Notes under the pieces: model-generated | Database searches by the model: none | Told to the model about the DNA's origin: nothing | The model's input: only the letters and a program-made list of their open reading frames with translations | Assembly: GCF_000400465.1 (NCBI RefSeq) | Contig: NW_008806295.1 | Coordinates: 90,001 to 122,000 of the forward strand | DNA length: 32,000 bases | Direction: 5' to 3' | DNA from: Wallemia ichthyophaga EXF-994 | Taxonomy: Eukaryota; Fungi; Basidiomycota | Made by a program: the position numbers and the translations under genes | Shown here: positions 9,861 through 23,600 of the stretch, one piece after another | How positions within the stretch are numbered: position 1 is the stretch's first letter | Layout: each line of letters starts with the position of its first letter

Positions 9861-11789
9861 TCAATCTTCCTCCTCCTCTCGACGTTTTGTTGAAGTTGAG
9901 AACTTATCGTTAAATCGAATCAATTCACGCGTAAGGTCATCAAGCATTTGTATGCTCTCAGGTGCTTTGCCATCTTCTGTCACCTCCGGTGGTGCAGGTT
10001 TTTCAGCTGCTTCAATCTGCACTCGTCCGACATACTCTAAAACGCTCCTCACTCTCCTCTTCATCTCTCCAATTGTCATCCTCTTGCTAGGGAACTTGAC
10101 CCTCGTTGGTAATTCTTTGACTGTATCCATTGAGGAGGTCGAAGAACCGTGCGGTATCCTCAATGCTAGCATTTCCGGTTGTTCAGTTGGCAGCAAGTGA
10201 CTGAGGTGTTGAAGGTGATCAGGTAGATTCCAATATAAACTACTCTCATCATCAAATGACTGCTTCTTCTCCTTGTCTTTTGTGCCTCCTTTACGTTTCT
10301 GGGGTGATTGGAGTTGCTTATCCTTTCGACTGCCATTCGCTGTACGTTTCGGTCCATTAGCCGTTGCTGGCGGGGTGAATCCTTCTGTATGATGAGTGAG
10401 CAATAAAATTACACCTCAATCTAACACCGCAACCTACCCTCATTGTTCGACTCATCAGTCTCTCTTCTTCGCTTCTTGTATCCACGAGGTGGTGCACGCT
10501 GATCACGTTCATCTGTAGCTGGTGGAGGTGAGGCTGATCTTTTACTATTCTCACTGTGTGTTTTGTGAGATGGGAATTAGTATACACAATCGCACATACT
10601 TTCTATCATCTTCATCGTTGACACCACTGACAACGCTCTTCTCTTTGGATTTAGATTTGGCAGCTGTAGAATTCCTCCCCTGATCCTTGCGCTTGCCTCC
10701 ACGACCTCTGGTACTCTTAGACTCAGACTTGCTTCTCGGTTTGTAATCAGCCTCACTGTCAGGTGCAGGCTCAGTTTTATCTTTGTACGTAGGCGGATCA
10801 CTCTCGCTTTGTTGAGGCAAATCGCCCTCCTTATCCAAGTCCTTGGAGTCGTTGTGTTGAGTGTGATCAGGCTCAGGTTGGGGAGGATGCTCCGGCTGTT
10901 CAAGTTCGTCTGGGTGAGTTGGATCATGTGGATGGTGATCGTTATCATTGTTGTCGTGATGTTGTTCGTCTTCTTGCTGGGAAGGAGGGCCATAGTGCAA
11001 CCAACGGTGCTTCTCCTTCTCAGCAATCTGAGACTTGATACTGTCATTCTGTACATCTAATAAAGACGCAGCGATAGCATCATCGTAAGCTGCGTCTCTG
11101 CTATTGAGAGTGCTTCTCCTTTTCGGGGAACGAGCCCTTTCAGCGGTATCAATTGAGGAGCTACTGCGCCGTCTAGAAGGATTTGGGTTGTTGGAGGTGT
11201 TGTTGATAGGAGATTTCTGCTTAAGTTCTCTTCTCTGTTGTGTGAGTCTGGCTGGTTTACGCCCTGGACGACTGGGATTGTAGAGTGAGATATTGAATAG
11301 ACACGAGCAGTAAGAACCAACCCTGGAATCACGATTGGGTGCATATCAGGTCTACATTCCTCGCAGTAATATGTCTCTGGTGCGTATTTCTCCTCGACCA
11401 ATCCAACGCAAACGCCGTGTTGCCAGCAACCACAAGTTTCGCACTGAATCATGAATCCATAAGACTCTTCATCTATTTCATGTGCATTAGATGTTGCATT
11501 TGCTCTAATATTCTCTAAACTCACCGGAATTCCCGCAAACGCAACGAGTCTCACCGGATCCGCCTTCAACGCCTTCGCCACCTTCACCACCTTCATCTTC
11601 CTCCTCATCCTCCTCTTCAGCTTGATGGATTTCTTGATTAACGTCTTCTCTGCTCACTTCCTGTGGCTTCTCAAGGGAATCATGATCCATTGGCTGTTCT
11701 TGATCAATCGGTTCGTCTACTGGCTCTAACTTGGTTGCATTTTGCTGTTGCTGCTCTTCCTCTCCTCGCTTTTCACTCATATCGCTCAT
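9861..11789 (-). CDS. CTI6: PHD-finger protein, Cti6-like (Rpd3L histone deacetylase complex subunit), multi-exon
   Basis: ETRCVCG...[19 protein letters not shown]...[11 protein letters not shown] finger. The C-terminal [31 protein letters not shown]...[16 protein letters not shown] matches the Cti6-type tail. Confidence 0.75.
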
Positions 11790-12174
11790 TTCGGATGACA
11801 GTTACGGTTAGAGAATTATCAATCGTTGTATTTCTTGTTTCTTTCAATCAAACTTAGATATATTGCTATCATCCCTTTAAATTTCTCATCCATCATCTCC
11901 TCACCTTGTAATCAGCCATCTTTGCATGTGAAAATCTTCAATTTTATTCCCCAACGAAGCTCTAAAAGTCTATTGAATAGCTTAATTTCCTTGTAGAAAT
12001 CTTGATAAGAATCACATCTGTAACCCGTGTTATCGCTCAACTACGTCATCAAATTTAAGTTGACTCACCTTCTTGAGCAAATCCTCTACGAATACACTCT
12101 CAAAAACCAACCAATCAATTCAGAACGCTTTTGGTATGTATAAATGGTTCAGAATATTTTAATGAAATTTTCAT

Positions 12175-13774
12175 CTACATTGATTCAAATGAATTCTTCT
12201 CTTCACTGCTATGTGAAGCTGCTGGTGGTCCATCAAACGTTTTTCTCGCGTAAATGATGTAATACACGAAAGAGATTGAAGCGAATCCGACAAAAACCAC
12301 GCTAGCATAGTTCATAGTATCTGCATTCAATCCACTAAGAGCAGTAGGCATGCAGAATATTACTATACTCAGCAATATCCAGCAACAACAAACTATGTTG
12401 ACTATAAAACCCAACCACGATGGCATTCTAAACGCTGCACCCTCCAATGGCTCTCTTTTGCGCAGAAGCGAGATCAGTATCGGTCCAGCATAACTAGACC
12501 CTAGCGTTATAGTAGCCACTCCTGTGAAAGCGCTAAAGGCTGCTGATTCGAATGATATCAAACCTAACAATCCAATCACGATACTACTCAATATGAGTGC
12601 ATTCAGCGGCAAATACTCCCTCCATATCACTTTCCACCATTTAGATCCCATCATTCCGTTATCTCTTGCAAACGAGTAACAACATCTTGAGGAAGTAGTC
12701 AGCGCTCCAATTCCACCCAACAATCCAATAGTGATAATGAGCACCATCAGTCCTGTTGCGCCCGACGTGCCAGTAGCTTGCTGGAAGAGGATAGGTACTG
12801 GCTGAGCTGCATCAAGCAGTATCTCCAAATCTGTCATAACAAACAGGAGGGGAATGAGATAGAGTAAACCCACCACCGCGGCTGCAATCACCGATCCTAC
12901 CATTCCACGCGGCACATCTCTTTCAGGATGAGCAACTTCATCTGCCATAGCTGCAACCATTCCATAACCTGTCAGGACATACGCCGATTGTAGCAGTCCT
13001 ACACACCACGCCCAGCCAGGCACCCAGCCTGAGTTTACTTGGAAACCTCCAAATGCGAATGCTCCACTAGTTCGCCCGTTGCGTGCCATCGAAAGCACCG
13101 TTATTAAAACTACTACCACAGTCCCTCCCGTCCAGTATATCGAAAAGGTGTTCAGTGCATCTAGGTGCTTCTGTTTCAGAAAATTTGCCGAAAAGCAGAT
13201 AAGCAAGACTGCGAGAAAAAGGAGGTAGGTTTGATATGATTCAGCTTGATATTCTGGATGCCAGAGTGGAGGTATAGCTATAATGAGCTGCGCAGTGCCG
13301 TAAATAATCGATAACGATACTGTCCAATTGCCGATCAACCCCAGCCAGCCGACAACGTACGAAGACGGTTTGTTGTACCGCGATGATGCAAGCATGTATG
13401 ACCAATAGTAAGGTCCACCTGAAGTTGGAAAGCGAGAACAAATCTCCGCAAGTGAAAGTGCAATGCAGATTGACATAAGTGATATAAAAACCCAGCCCCA
13501 GAGTACTGAAACTGGTCCACCGTTTTGTAAAGCTATCGATATCGTTGTACTCAACCCGTATGGACAAGCCTGCAAATGTTATTTACTCATAAAGCTCTAT
13601 CTTCTCACGCACCATTATCGCTAATCCTAGCCCAATAGCCGACCACACACTCATCTCGCGCGGTAGCTCCACTTTATAACCATGTTCATCAGTCGATATT
13701 GCCACTGCTGCTCCTTTCTCGCTGCCATTTCCCTTTTCCATAGAATTTGAAGGAGTTATTTTGATTTGATCCAT
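12175..13774 (-). CDS. APC-superfamily amino-acid/polyamine permease (UGA4/HNM1/TPO5-like), 2 exons
   Basis: ELPREMSVWSAIGLGLAIM|ACPYG, GGPVSVLWGW, SLAEICSRFPTSGGPYYW, MADEVAHPERDVPRGM, FARDNG and MNYASVV motifs. Confidence 0.9.
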
Positions 13775-14288
13775 TCCAATTGTCTTAGTCTGGAATGTGA
13801 CAACAACGCCTATCACATGTTGCAACCTTATCAACTGATATATCTGCAAGTGATTGCCTGTGATAGCAGCTTATTTGCTGATAAGATACTCGTGCATACA
13901 AAATGTATCACTTGATACGAGTTGGTGTATTCACCGTTAATAAGGTTCAATAAAGTAGTGAATTCATTCATAATTAATTTCAATAATGCGTAAGCTACAT
14001 CTTTTGGCTCATTGATGAACCACTCAAAGCTAGTCGACACGAGTGGATGACTCATACTAATTAGTATCTCAAAATCGATTAGAATATTATTAAAGGTTAG
14101 CAAAATCAGCACATCGTGGTTTCGCATTGACGTCAAACTGATAAGGACCATACTCAAATGTTTACTGAATGTAAAGAGCCCCTAAACCTGAAACTGCTGA
14201 AAGACATCATGGCAAGTAGCCAAATAGATGAATGCAATCCTTCGACCGTTTATCTAGCATTACATCGGAAAATGTTAAATTAAGATGC

Positions 14289-14294
14289 AAAAAA
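14289..14294 (-). terminator. RNA polymerase III oligo-T terminator of tRNA-His
   Basis: TTTTTT on the minus strand 2 nt after the discriminator base. Confidence 0.75.
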
Positions 14295-14296
14295 TT

Positions 14297-14368
14297 TGTG
14301 GTTGCCAGGAATCGAACCTGGATCTTACCGGCCACAACGGAACGTGCTAACCATTATACCACAACCAC
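14297..14368 (-). tRNA. tRNA-His (GUG), intronless
   Basis: GTGGTTG/CAACCAC acceptor stem, D-loop AATGGTTA, anticodon loop TT-GTG-GC, T-arm CCAGG-TTCGATT-CCTGG and discriminator A. A T6 Pol III terminator follows. No genomic G-1, as expected for eukaryotic tRNA-His. Confidence 0.96.
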
Positions 14369-15400
14369 TTATGAATATGGTCTGCTGTTATAAAATATAT
14401 CACCAAACCTATATGTCTCAAAACTCTTCAAAACGGGGGGTTTTTTTTTATAAATATTCTGGTGGCTCAGTGTAATTGAGAACCACCAAAAACTTAGAAA
14501 AACCGACGCTAGTCAAGAAACGCTTCCAGTAATTCAGCACCCCCTTTGACTCCTCATGCTTTAAGAAGTATTGATGGACACAGTTTAAACATGTATCGTC
14601 TTGACAATATATTCAGATTTCATCATCATCACCATTTTTTATCTTCTAATGATTGTCTTCTTAGGAATCCTTCAAAATATCAGAAAGAGGATTCAAAAAG
14701 GCTTTTTCCGTCAATCAATGACCATATCTGTATCACCAAAAAGGTGCGCATTTCTTGATTATACACCGTCCTCCCCAAAGCCAACATGATATTGTACAAG
14801 GAAACAAAGAGTTACAGACCCACATCTCCACTAAATCATGTTCAAGACAGTATCACACATAGGATTTTCAGATGTAGGAAGTTCGTTCAAGCAAGATTGT
14901 CGTTGAGTAGGAGGATTTATTAATTAGGGTAAGGTTCAACATGAAATACGTGCTTTCAAATGAAGAAGCTCTCAAAGCTCTCAAAGCTCTCTACGAGTTC
15001 TTCAAAAACCAGCTCAGCACCTACCCGCCCACTTCTGGTAGCTCCACGTAGTTACTTGCTAATTTACGGCACACGTGCCAAGCACCGCATTCATTTGAGT
15101 CTCTAAAATCGTCATCTTCCAATGCACAAGAAATATAGATAAGCGAAGATAATCAATCGTTGTAATGCTTTTCACTGCATATCATGGTTTCTACCTATCT
15201 ATCTATTTATTGGTTATGAAAAATCACCTATTCAATCAAAAATCCCTAAGGATAGCACGAGAATTAAAGATTTTGATCTTGCTTTCTTAACACTTCATTA
15301 GCCGTTAAATTTGTAACAACGCGTTTTACAACATATCTTAAGCTGCACCCACTCAGTAAATTTACAACAATTTTATTAAGTACAATGGTTATAACTACAA

Positions 15401-18400
15401 CTAATCCTCGATTTTGACGTCGACATTCGCATCAACGTTCTCAGCGCTGTCAGACATCTGAGATGCTAGATCAGCTACAGGCGTGAAAGAGGGAATGTGC
15501 ACGTCGGGCAACAGTAATGACAACAAATCGTCCTCTGATTCTTTGTTAGTGTTGTGGTTTGAAACAAGCATAATACACACTTTTTGCGATAAAATCACCC
15601 TTTGTTTGTGCTTTCTCCAGACTTTCCATATCGTTGGTTGAGAGTGTCGCATTCTGTTGACTCTTGATATAAAGTGATTGGCCTTTCAAAGCAGCCAAAT
15701 CTAGTATTGCTTCATCGATAGTGTCTGTGGATGCATAAGTGTATACCTTGACGGATTGGTGTTGGCCCATTCTATCGACTCTCCCGATAGCTTGCAACTC
15801 TAGTGGAAAATTTGCGATTGGATCAATAAAAATAACGACAGAAGCCATCGTTAAATTCAATCCACTCGATTGACGCTCACCATTCAGTAAACAGACATCC
15901 ACATCATCAGACTTCTTGAACATTTCTAGCTTTCTGACATCGCTCCCAAGTGTATACGTGATATCGTTTTTCTGGAATGCTCGTTCTACGATCTGCATAC
16001 CACTTTGCCACGAAGAAAAGACAACTGACTTTACTTTTTGGGCTCGAAGCGTCAAGATGTGCTTGCAGAGGGTGTCGATCTGAAAATAGAAAGTCAGAAA
16101 AACCCCTTATCAGAACACAACATACCTTCACACCATGTCCTTGGGTGAAGATCTTCTGTTCCTCTATTTCAAACATTTCATGGGACGGGATGATATTATA
16201 CTGTGGTCGAACTCGCTTCTGGATAGTCTCTCCTATTGCTTGAACATTTGAGTTGTCACTTTCAGTCTCAACACTTTTCTCTTTACCCTGTGAAGTTTTG
16301 TGGACCTTGATTTTGTGAAGAGATGATGAAGACAACTTTGTTCTGCAATGTGGACACTCAGGTCTTGACTGAAACCACCTATTGAGACAAGACTGACAGA
16401 ATATGTGTCCACAAGAAGTAATCACACCATTAGTAAATGGCAGCGTACATATGGCACACTCGCTTGCATCATCTTCGGACGAATTCTTGATATGATGCAG
16501 ATAGTTCAATTTCGCTCTACCTCCTTGAACATTGCGCGACGCGACAGCCTCTATCCTATCAGCTTCTGCGATTTCTTGAAGAATAGTACGGTCACCCTCT
16601 TCCTGCCTCTCAACGTCAAGTGGGGCAACAGAATCACTCAAAATCTGTAACTGTTTGAAGTAAAGAACTCTAGAATTGAAAGTACCCAAGAAGTCATCTT
16701 TCTCGAGATTCAGAGTGCGTGTCAAATCACGTTGCTTGTCGTAGACATCATGCAGTCTCGATTGCAACTCCTTGAACGCCTTAACGTTATGCTTGGGTAT
16801 TCTACTAGATTCCGTCTTTAGTTCTGATATCAGCTTTCTGAATGGCCGATCCTTCTTTGTGATACGCAGAGCTTGGCGTTCAAGTTTGAGTTGACGGCGA
16901 AGAACATCCTGCTCTGTGTCAATGACTTGGTCTTTCTCAACTTCTATTGCATTGGCAAGCATCATCTCCTCTCTAGCTTTGGCGTTTGCGTTCGCGCGGC
17001 GCTTGCCAACCAGACCCTTTTCGTTTTCGTCTGATACGTCGACTATCCCCAGAACCTCTCTCCGGTCTTTGATAGAAGATTCAAAAGCCTCCAAATAAAT
17101 CTCTAGATTAGCTTGCAGCTCGGCGTCCTCTCCATATGCTTCAGTGCTGGCTTCCACCTTGTCAATTGGATTGAGGATGCCTTCCAGAATCTTTTGACGC
17201 TTGTCAATAATGAAGTTGGCTAGCTCGTTAAGTTTGGCAATGACTGTATCTAAATTTAAAAGAATTGATGGGATACGCTCTTCACGATCAACACCTTCCT
17301 CGTCAATGCCTTCGTTCTCGCCAACCTCAGCATACTTCTTTGGCGTTTTTTTCTTGGCCATCTCAGCCAGTGGCTTAGCGGTAGCAACGATATTAGGGTC
17401 TAGACCCAGCTCGACACCAGAAACATAGTTTATTTTCAGATCATCCTTCTTGGGCTCAATTCTTTTCTTGATATTTTCAGATAGAGCATCTACGCGTTTG
17501 TTGTAGATCTCAATGGCATGACTAAGTAATTTTGCTCTATCAGCATCAGCGGCGGTATAATTGATATCCTCTTCCTCTTGTACTTGCTGTTGGTGGCCAA
17601 TATCACCGAGAATTAAATGCGCTTGATGGATAACCAATAGCATGTCGCGGTGTCTATTCAAGAGGTTCGAAAGATGGGACTGCCAGTCCTTCCTCGATTG
17701 TGCTTCTTCAGCTGTCTCAACGACGTCATTGGACTTTTCTTTAAAAGCAATAACAGCACCCGTGTGCTCAACAATATCCTCAACAACGTCCTTCGGCTTT
17801 TTCACTCTATGTTGATGAATCTGTTCCTGAGCATTCTCAAGGACTTGATTAGCTTCAGAAAGTACTGTCATAAGTAGTAACTTTGCTCCATCACGATTAG
17901 GTGGATCGAGAAGTAGCCGCAGTCTTGCAACTTTAACGGAAGATGCCAACTGAAAAAAAAAATTAGATTGTTCGTGGCTCAACAACCTCACTTACAGCGG
18001 ATCTTTGTTCTGTAACGATATGAGAATATGAACTCTCAATCATCCTATCTAGCACTTGATCAACGGTTCTAAATGTTTTTCCTATAATGTCTTTCGTAGC
18101 TGAGTGTGTCTGAGGATGTGTGGTGAGTTGCCTGAGCTTTGTTATCCAAACTCTTAGCTTGCTGATATCAAAGGAAGGATCATTAGCATCCAAATAGTCG
18201 CCGCGTTCATTCAAACCAATTTCACTGAGCGCTTGCTTGTACTGCTCATCAATGTATGCCTGCTCAGCAGCTCCCATATTCAGTGGAACTATGTAACGCT
18301 GGAGTGGAGGAATTTGCAACTGCTTCTTTACATGATCTTTGGTTGTGCGCACGCAAATGCTCTGTATTAGTCGCGTGAAGTCATGCGATAAACCATGAGT

Positions 18401-20523
18401 CGCAAAAGCCGCGAAGGTTTTCTTATCAATAAGTCGACCATCTAACTGAAATCCAAGATAGCGAAGTATGGGCAGAAGCTGTTCAATAGAGCCAGTAATC
18501 GGAGTGCCTGAACAAGCGACAGACGTTTGGCGGGGAATGAGTGCTGTCATTTCGGCGGACTTCTTAACTCCAGACAATTGAATCTCATCTTGAGCGACAC
18601 GATAGAAGGTGCATGAGACTAGCGGTGACATGGGTATGTAGTCGTTTTTGTACTCTACACCGTTTCTACGTGCTCTAGGTTGGCGCTCATGAGCAACCAC
18701 TAAATCTTTTGAAAAAGTGCTGTATGTACTGAGGATGAGGTCAAACTGATTAAAAAAGTCTTGGACGATACTCCTGTTGGTGAGAACGCTTTTACTTTCA
18801 TAGTCAAAGTTATCGTGATTATTCATGAAACTAAAGAGTTGTGGGAAGTTATCCACGTACTCCAAACCATGCTGTTTGCACTCTTTAAGGCTTCCAAAAC
18901 TATCAAACGTGTACTTGGGCTGTGGGGCTTTCCGCTTAGTACCACCTGTAAGGTTAACGCGCGTGCCATCTGCAAGAAAGTCACGCTGAGATTTTGAGCC
19001 ACTCGAGTTAAAGAGTTCAAGCTGTTGGATGGAGAATTGCGGGACAAAATCGTCATCATCTTGCTTTTTCACTTTCTTTTTTGTGGGAGGAGGCTCAATG
19101 TCTTCTTCCTGTTTCACTTGTGTTTGAGGCGGTGGTGATGCTGATAAAGGTTTCCCCTCTAACTCTTCTGGCTCTCCTGGCTCTCCCTTCGCTACTGTAT
19201 TGGCAATTCTTGCGGATGTGAGCAGAGCATCCATGCTTTTATAGCCATTATATACAAGCAATTTGAGATCAGGAGTATGCTCTCTGGCCTCGTCTACCCA
19301 TTGCTGCAACAAGTGATCTGGTGTGACTATCAGCGAAGTCTTCACAAAACGTTGGTATGATTCAGTTTCTTGGTTGGACCATTCTTGAGCTCGCTCTTTA
19401 TTTTGGGCAATGAGACCGAGTATCTCAACAGTCTGGAAGTGCGTAAGCAAATTAACGGAGCTGTTACAGAGTCACATACCTTTCCTAAGCCCATCTCCTC
19501 GCACAACATACTGCCATTGATAGAGGTCTTGGGTGGTTGATTGTTTTGCCTAAATTGTGCTGATATCGCAGAGTACTGCCACTCGTCTGTCAACTGGATC
19601 CATCCAGGCTCAATAATATTGTCTGGATTGTCTTCCCGCCCCTGCATGAACTCAATTGAGCTTTTTTGGAAGTCTTTGAGAGGCGTTTTGAGATAACTGG
19701 TGCTGACAGTGTTGGCAATTGGGGTTGCTGGTTGAAGGATAGAATAGAAAAACTGAGTAGACAGCCTGATTGGTGTGGTAGGCTTAGGCACAAGCGGTGG
19801 TTTATACCGCATTAAAAGCAGCTTCAACGAGTCATTTGGAGCTTCTTGAATGAGTTTCTGCTTCAGGAAAACCTTGAGAGTTATGATAATTTGAAATTCA
19901 ACATCTTCAGCATTATCCGATGAGGTAGGACATGTTATTAGTTTGGCTGTGGGTAAAACATTTGCCACAGATTGATTTTGAGACAGCGTACCAACAGCAA
20001 CAGCAGCATTAACCCAGCCATTAACCCTCTTCAAAATGCTTGTATCTTCATCACTCTTAATGTATCCAAACCCGTTAGCTTTCAACCATTCTTTCTCCTC
20101 ATTTGGTACTTTATTCGGCAATGACGCAATGAAGCCATCAGCGACATCCGTAAATTTACCAGGGATGCGCACCCGTGGCGGCATAAAGTACATGCCCTTA
20201 TATTGAGCAGACGCCTGTAGCTGAACCTTTCCAAATTCGATTGTATGCGATTCGTTGTAGGGCTTTGGCAGCGATTGCTTGAGGTTGTTGATTGAATTAG
20301 AAAACCAGGAAGGCCGTGAATCATCTTCAGGCTCAGATGTTATTGTGAAAGTGTGATCGACGATCTGCAAGCCTTCGAGTGAAGGTGGCGTGTGCATTGG
20401 ATGGTCCACTGGTTGCGGAACTGAGATCCCATTTTTGAAATTGTTTATTTGAGTTTTGAGGGAGCGTAAGAGTGGTTTACAGCTACCAACGTCCAGGCTG
20501 TGGGTTGAATTCGTTGACGCCAT
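15401..20523 (-). CDS. SNF2-family helicase with C3HC4 RING, SHPRH/IRC20-like E3 ubiquitin ligase, multi-exon
   Basis: Motif I CEEMGLGK|T, motif Ia SLIVTPDHLLQQW, motif II RVAQDEIQ, motif III CSGTPI, RING CAICTLPF...CGHIFC..C...CPHCR and motif VI ELQAIGRVDRMGQ. Also the SHPRH-type FN.RV.YFKQLQ.LSDSV segment. Confidence 0.9.
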
Positions 20524-20674
20524 GGCTGTACGAGATAACAACGTTTCAGTATTTGTACATTCAAATATTCTAAACAATTGTACATTTATTGCAAATATAA
20601 GTGAAATTGTGAAAGTGTGAAAATATTCAAGATATCAGCGAGACCAGCGCCACAACTAAAAACTACATATCTAT

Positions 20675-23600
20675 TCAACTTTGTCCGAACTTAGATCTGG
20701 GGCTGTCGAAACCCTTCTTAGACTTCTCAACTATATTTGCAGACTGGAGGTTCTTGATTTCATGTTCCAGCGTCTTCCTAGGTCCTCTGCGGACGGAGCT
20801 ATTCGACTTTAGGCCATCATAAGCAGGTAGTGGCTCAGGAGTCTCTTTCACACTGTTCTTACGCGACAGGCTATCCGTCGGTCTCGACCTGGATGGTGTT
20901 ATCATAGATGCAGCTCGCGAATGTCCTCTGCGAACTGGCGTTGTTGGTTGATCAATAGAAGATGCAGGCCTTGATAGATAGGGTGAAGGACTTCTGTTCT
21001 CATCATACTTATCTTTGTCCTAAAATTGAATAGTCAGCCTCAACGATATATGATAGCGATCTAACTCACATCTCTCCAGTTCAAGATATCTTTGCGAAGA
21101 TCTGTAATTGTGCTTCTCTGCAATCTGACGACATCGTTCAACTTATCAATCTCCTTATCGTCAGTCTTAGTAAGTGGAGTTGACTGGGCTCGAAGATTGG
21201 GCGACGAAGCTCTATCAAAGAGTTTCCTGGCAGCGCCACTCTCAAAGCTCATTCTAGACGATGCATGAGATGATTGTGTTGGTTGTGGTAGTGGTCGGGC
21301 TTTAAGCTTTGATAATTCAGAAGCTTGTCTCTGGATGACGGTATTCAGTTCGCTGACACGGTCTTGCAATTCTACGTATTCTTCCATACGCTTAGCAATA
21401 TGCACTTGACCAAACCCTTCATTATCATCTTGACTATTTTGACGCTCAATGTATTCTTCAATCTTGGTCTCGAGTTCCTTTATTATGCTATCTTTTTCCA
21501 CAAGCGTTGACGTGAGTTTGGTAGCCATTCCCCGTGCATCGCTACTCTCTTTCTCTGCTGTACCTAAACGCTCTTGGAACTCAACGTCTTCTTCTGCACG
21601 ACTGTTGATAAGTGCAGCCATCTCTGCTTCTGAATTTTTCTTGGCAGATTCTTGAGCTTCACGAACTGTCGTCAACTGAACAGTAGCTAAAGCGAGTTCC
21701 TCTTGAACTTTATTGAGGCTTTCTTGGTGATTTGCCTCCGCTTCTTCTACCACACGTTTATTATCGATATGCTGGGATTTGATGTCACGGTTGAGAGATT
21801 CTTTCTCGGCCAACATCTCAGATACTTGAGCCTTAAGGGATGTGTGTTCCTGTTCGCGCTCCTCGCTACTTTTCTTACGTTCTTCCGCCTCTTTTGTGAC
21901 ATTTTTGAGGTCTGCTTTGAGCTGTTCTCTCTCATCCTCACCTTCTTTATTGTCTTTTTTAAACTTATCGGCATCCTTGACTAATTTATCTATTTCAAGT
22001 TTGTGGTTTTCAATTTCTCCCTGCATGCCATCCTTGAGGGTGTTATGAGATTGCTGAAGTTCTTTGTATGTGTTCTCAAGTCTTGAAGTTTTATCCTCTT
22101 TCTCGGCTTTGAGCTGGTCGTGATTGGTTTGCAAGGTATTGTGAGTAGATTGCAGAGTTTCAAGAGCGCTCTTTGTAGAGGCATGCTTGTCTTTGTGAGT
22201 GTCGCGATCTATTTCTGCTGTCTTTTGTGCATTTATAGCAACTTTCAAAGAATTTTCAGCGGTTTCTAATGCATTGGCAACTTTGCTAGACTCTTCTTTC
22301 AATTCATCAAGATCCTTTTCAGCAGACAGCCGGGCGTCTTGAGAGACCTTTTGCGCGGCAACAGACATTTCAAGCTCTTCTTTGAAGCCATTGCACTCCT
22401 TCGTGGCATCGTTATACTTGTTTTCTGCTGCTTGAATTTGAGTTTTGAAATTATTCAAGTCCTTCTCATACGTCTCAAGCTTAGCAAGCAGACCATCTCT
22501 CTCGCCAGCTGCCTTCTCCTTTTCACTTTTCAGATTCTCGCCTTCTTTGAGCATTTCCTCCAGGCAATTCTCTTTCTCTTGGGATTCAGATTCAAGTACG
22601 CTAAGACGACCATTGAGTTCATCACGCTCCTTTTCGGCAGCCAGCTGAACTTCTTGAGATAACTTTTGTGCAGCGATAGCCTTTTCAACCTCTTCTTTGA
22701 AGCCATTACGTTCGCTGGTAACTTGGCTATACTTGTCTTCTGCAGATTGTAGTTGACTTCTGATGTCTTTCATATCATTTTCATAATTTTCGACTTTACC
22801 AAGCAAATCATCTCTATCCCTAGTCACTAAATTCTTATCGCTCACCATGTTCTCATTCTCCTTGAGCATCTCCTTCAGACGACTTTCTTTCTCTGTAAAT
22901 GCAGCCTCGAGTGTGCTTATACGACCGTTGACTTCATCACGCTCCTTTTCAATTTCTTTCAGCTCATTTTCAGCTACGTTCTTACGTTCATCTGCAGACT
23001 TGAAGTCGTCTTGCAGGAGATCGTTCTGGGATTGTAGTGATGACAGCCGCAGCTCATCGTCCTGTCTCGCTGATTGAAGATTGGAGAACTCAGACTTGAG
23101 ATCTTCAATCTCCTGACTGTTACTGATATCGTTCTCTGTTTGTTCCTTTTGTGAAATAAGCAACTTTCTCAGCTGTTCGAGTGTGTCCGATAGCTGCTTG
23201 TTCAGATTCTCGTTTTCATCCTTCACTCTGGAAATCTCCTCACTAAGTTCACCTTTGTTCTCTTCAACGCTGTCGAGCTCTCCTTTGGCTTTTAGCTGTA
23301 CTTCTAGATCTTCAATGCGAGAGCTTGTTTCAGCCTGCTCAGATCTTACTTCTTGTAGCTGCAACTTGAGTGAATCAATCTCGTCATCTTTCTCTCGCAT
23401 CCGAGAATCTTGATCTCCCTGGGGCATATGTTAGTCAGTCTAGGTGAAAATTGAAAATGACTCACACTCTCATCAGTAGAATCAGGTATACCCGTCGAAA
23501 GCACTCTTCGCTTGTTCATGGGAATGTTAAATCCAGGTGCTGACACTCCGAGACCCATATCAGACAGTCGTCTACTCTGTCCATGTTTAAGATGCGACTG

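Noticed and set aside
14546-14789. Two overlapping short plus-strand ORFs (one with HHHHH)
   Set aside because: Low-complexity AT-rich sequence, TTG starts and no recognisable domain or splice support.
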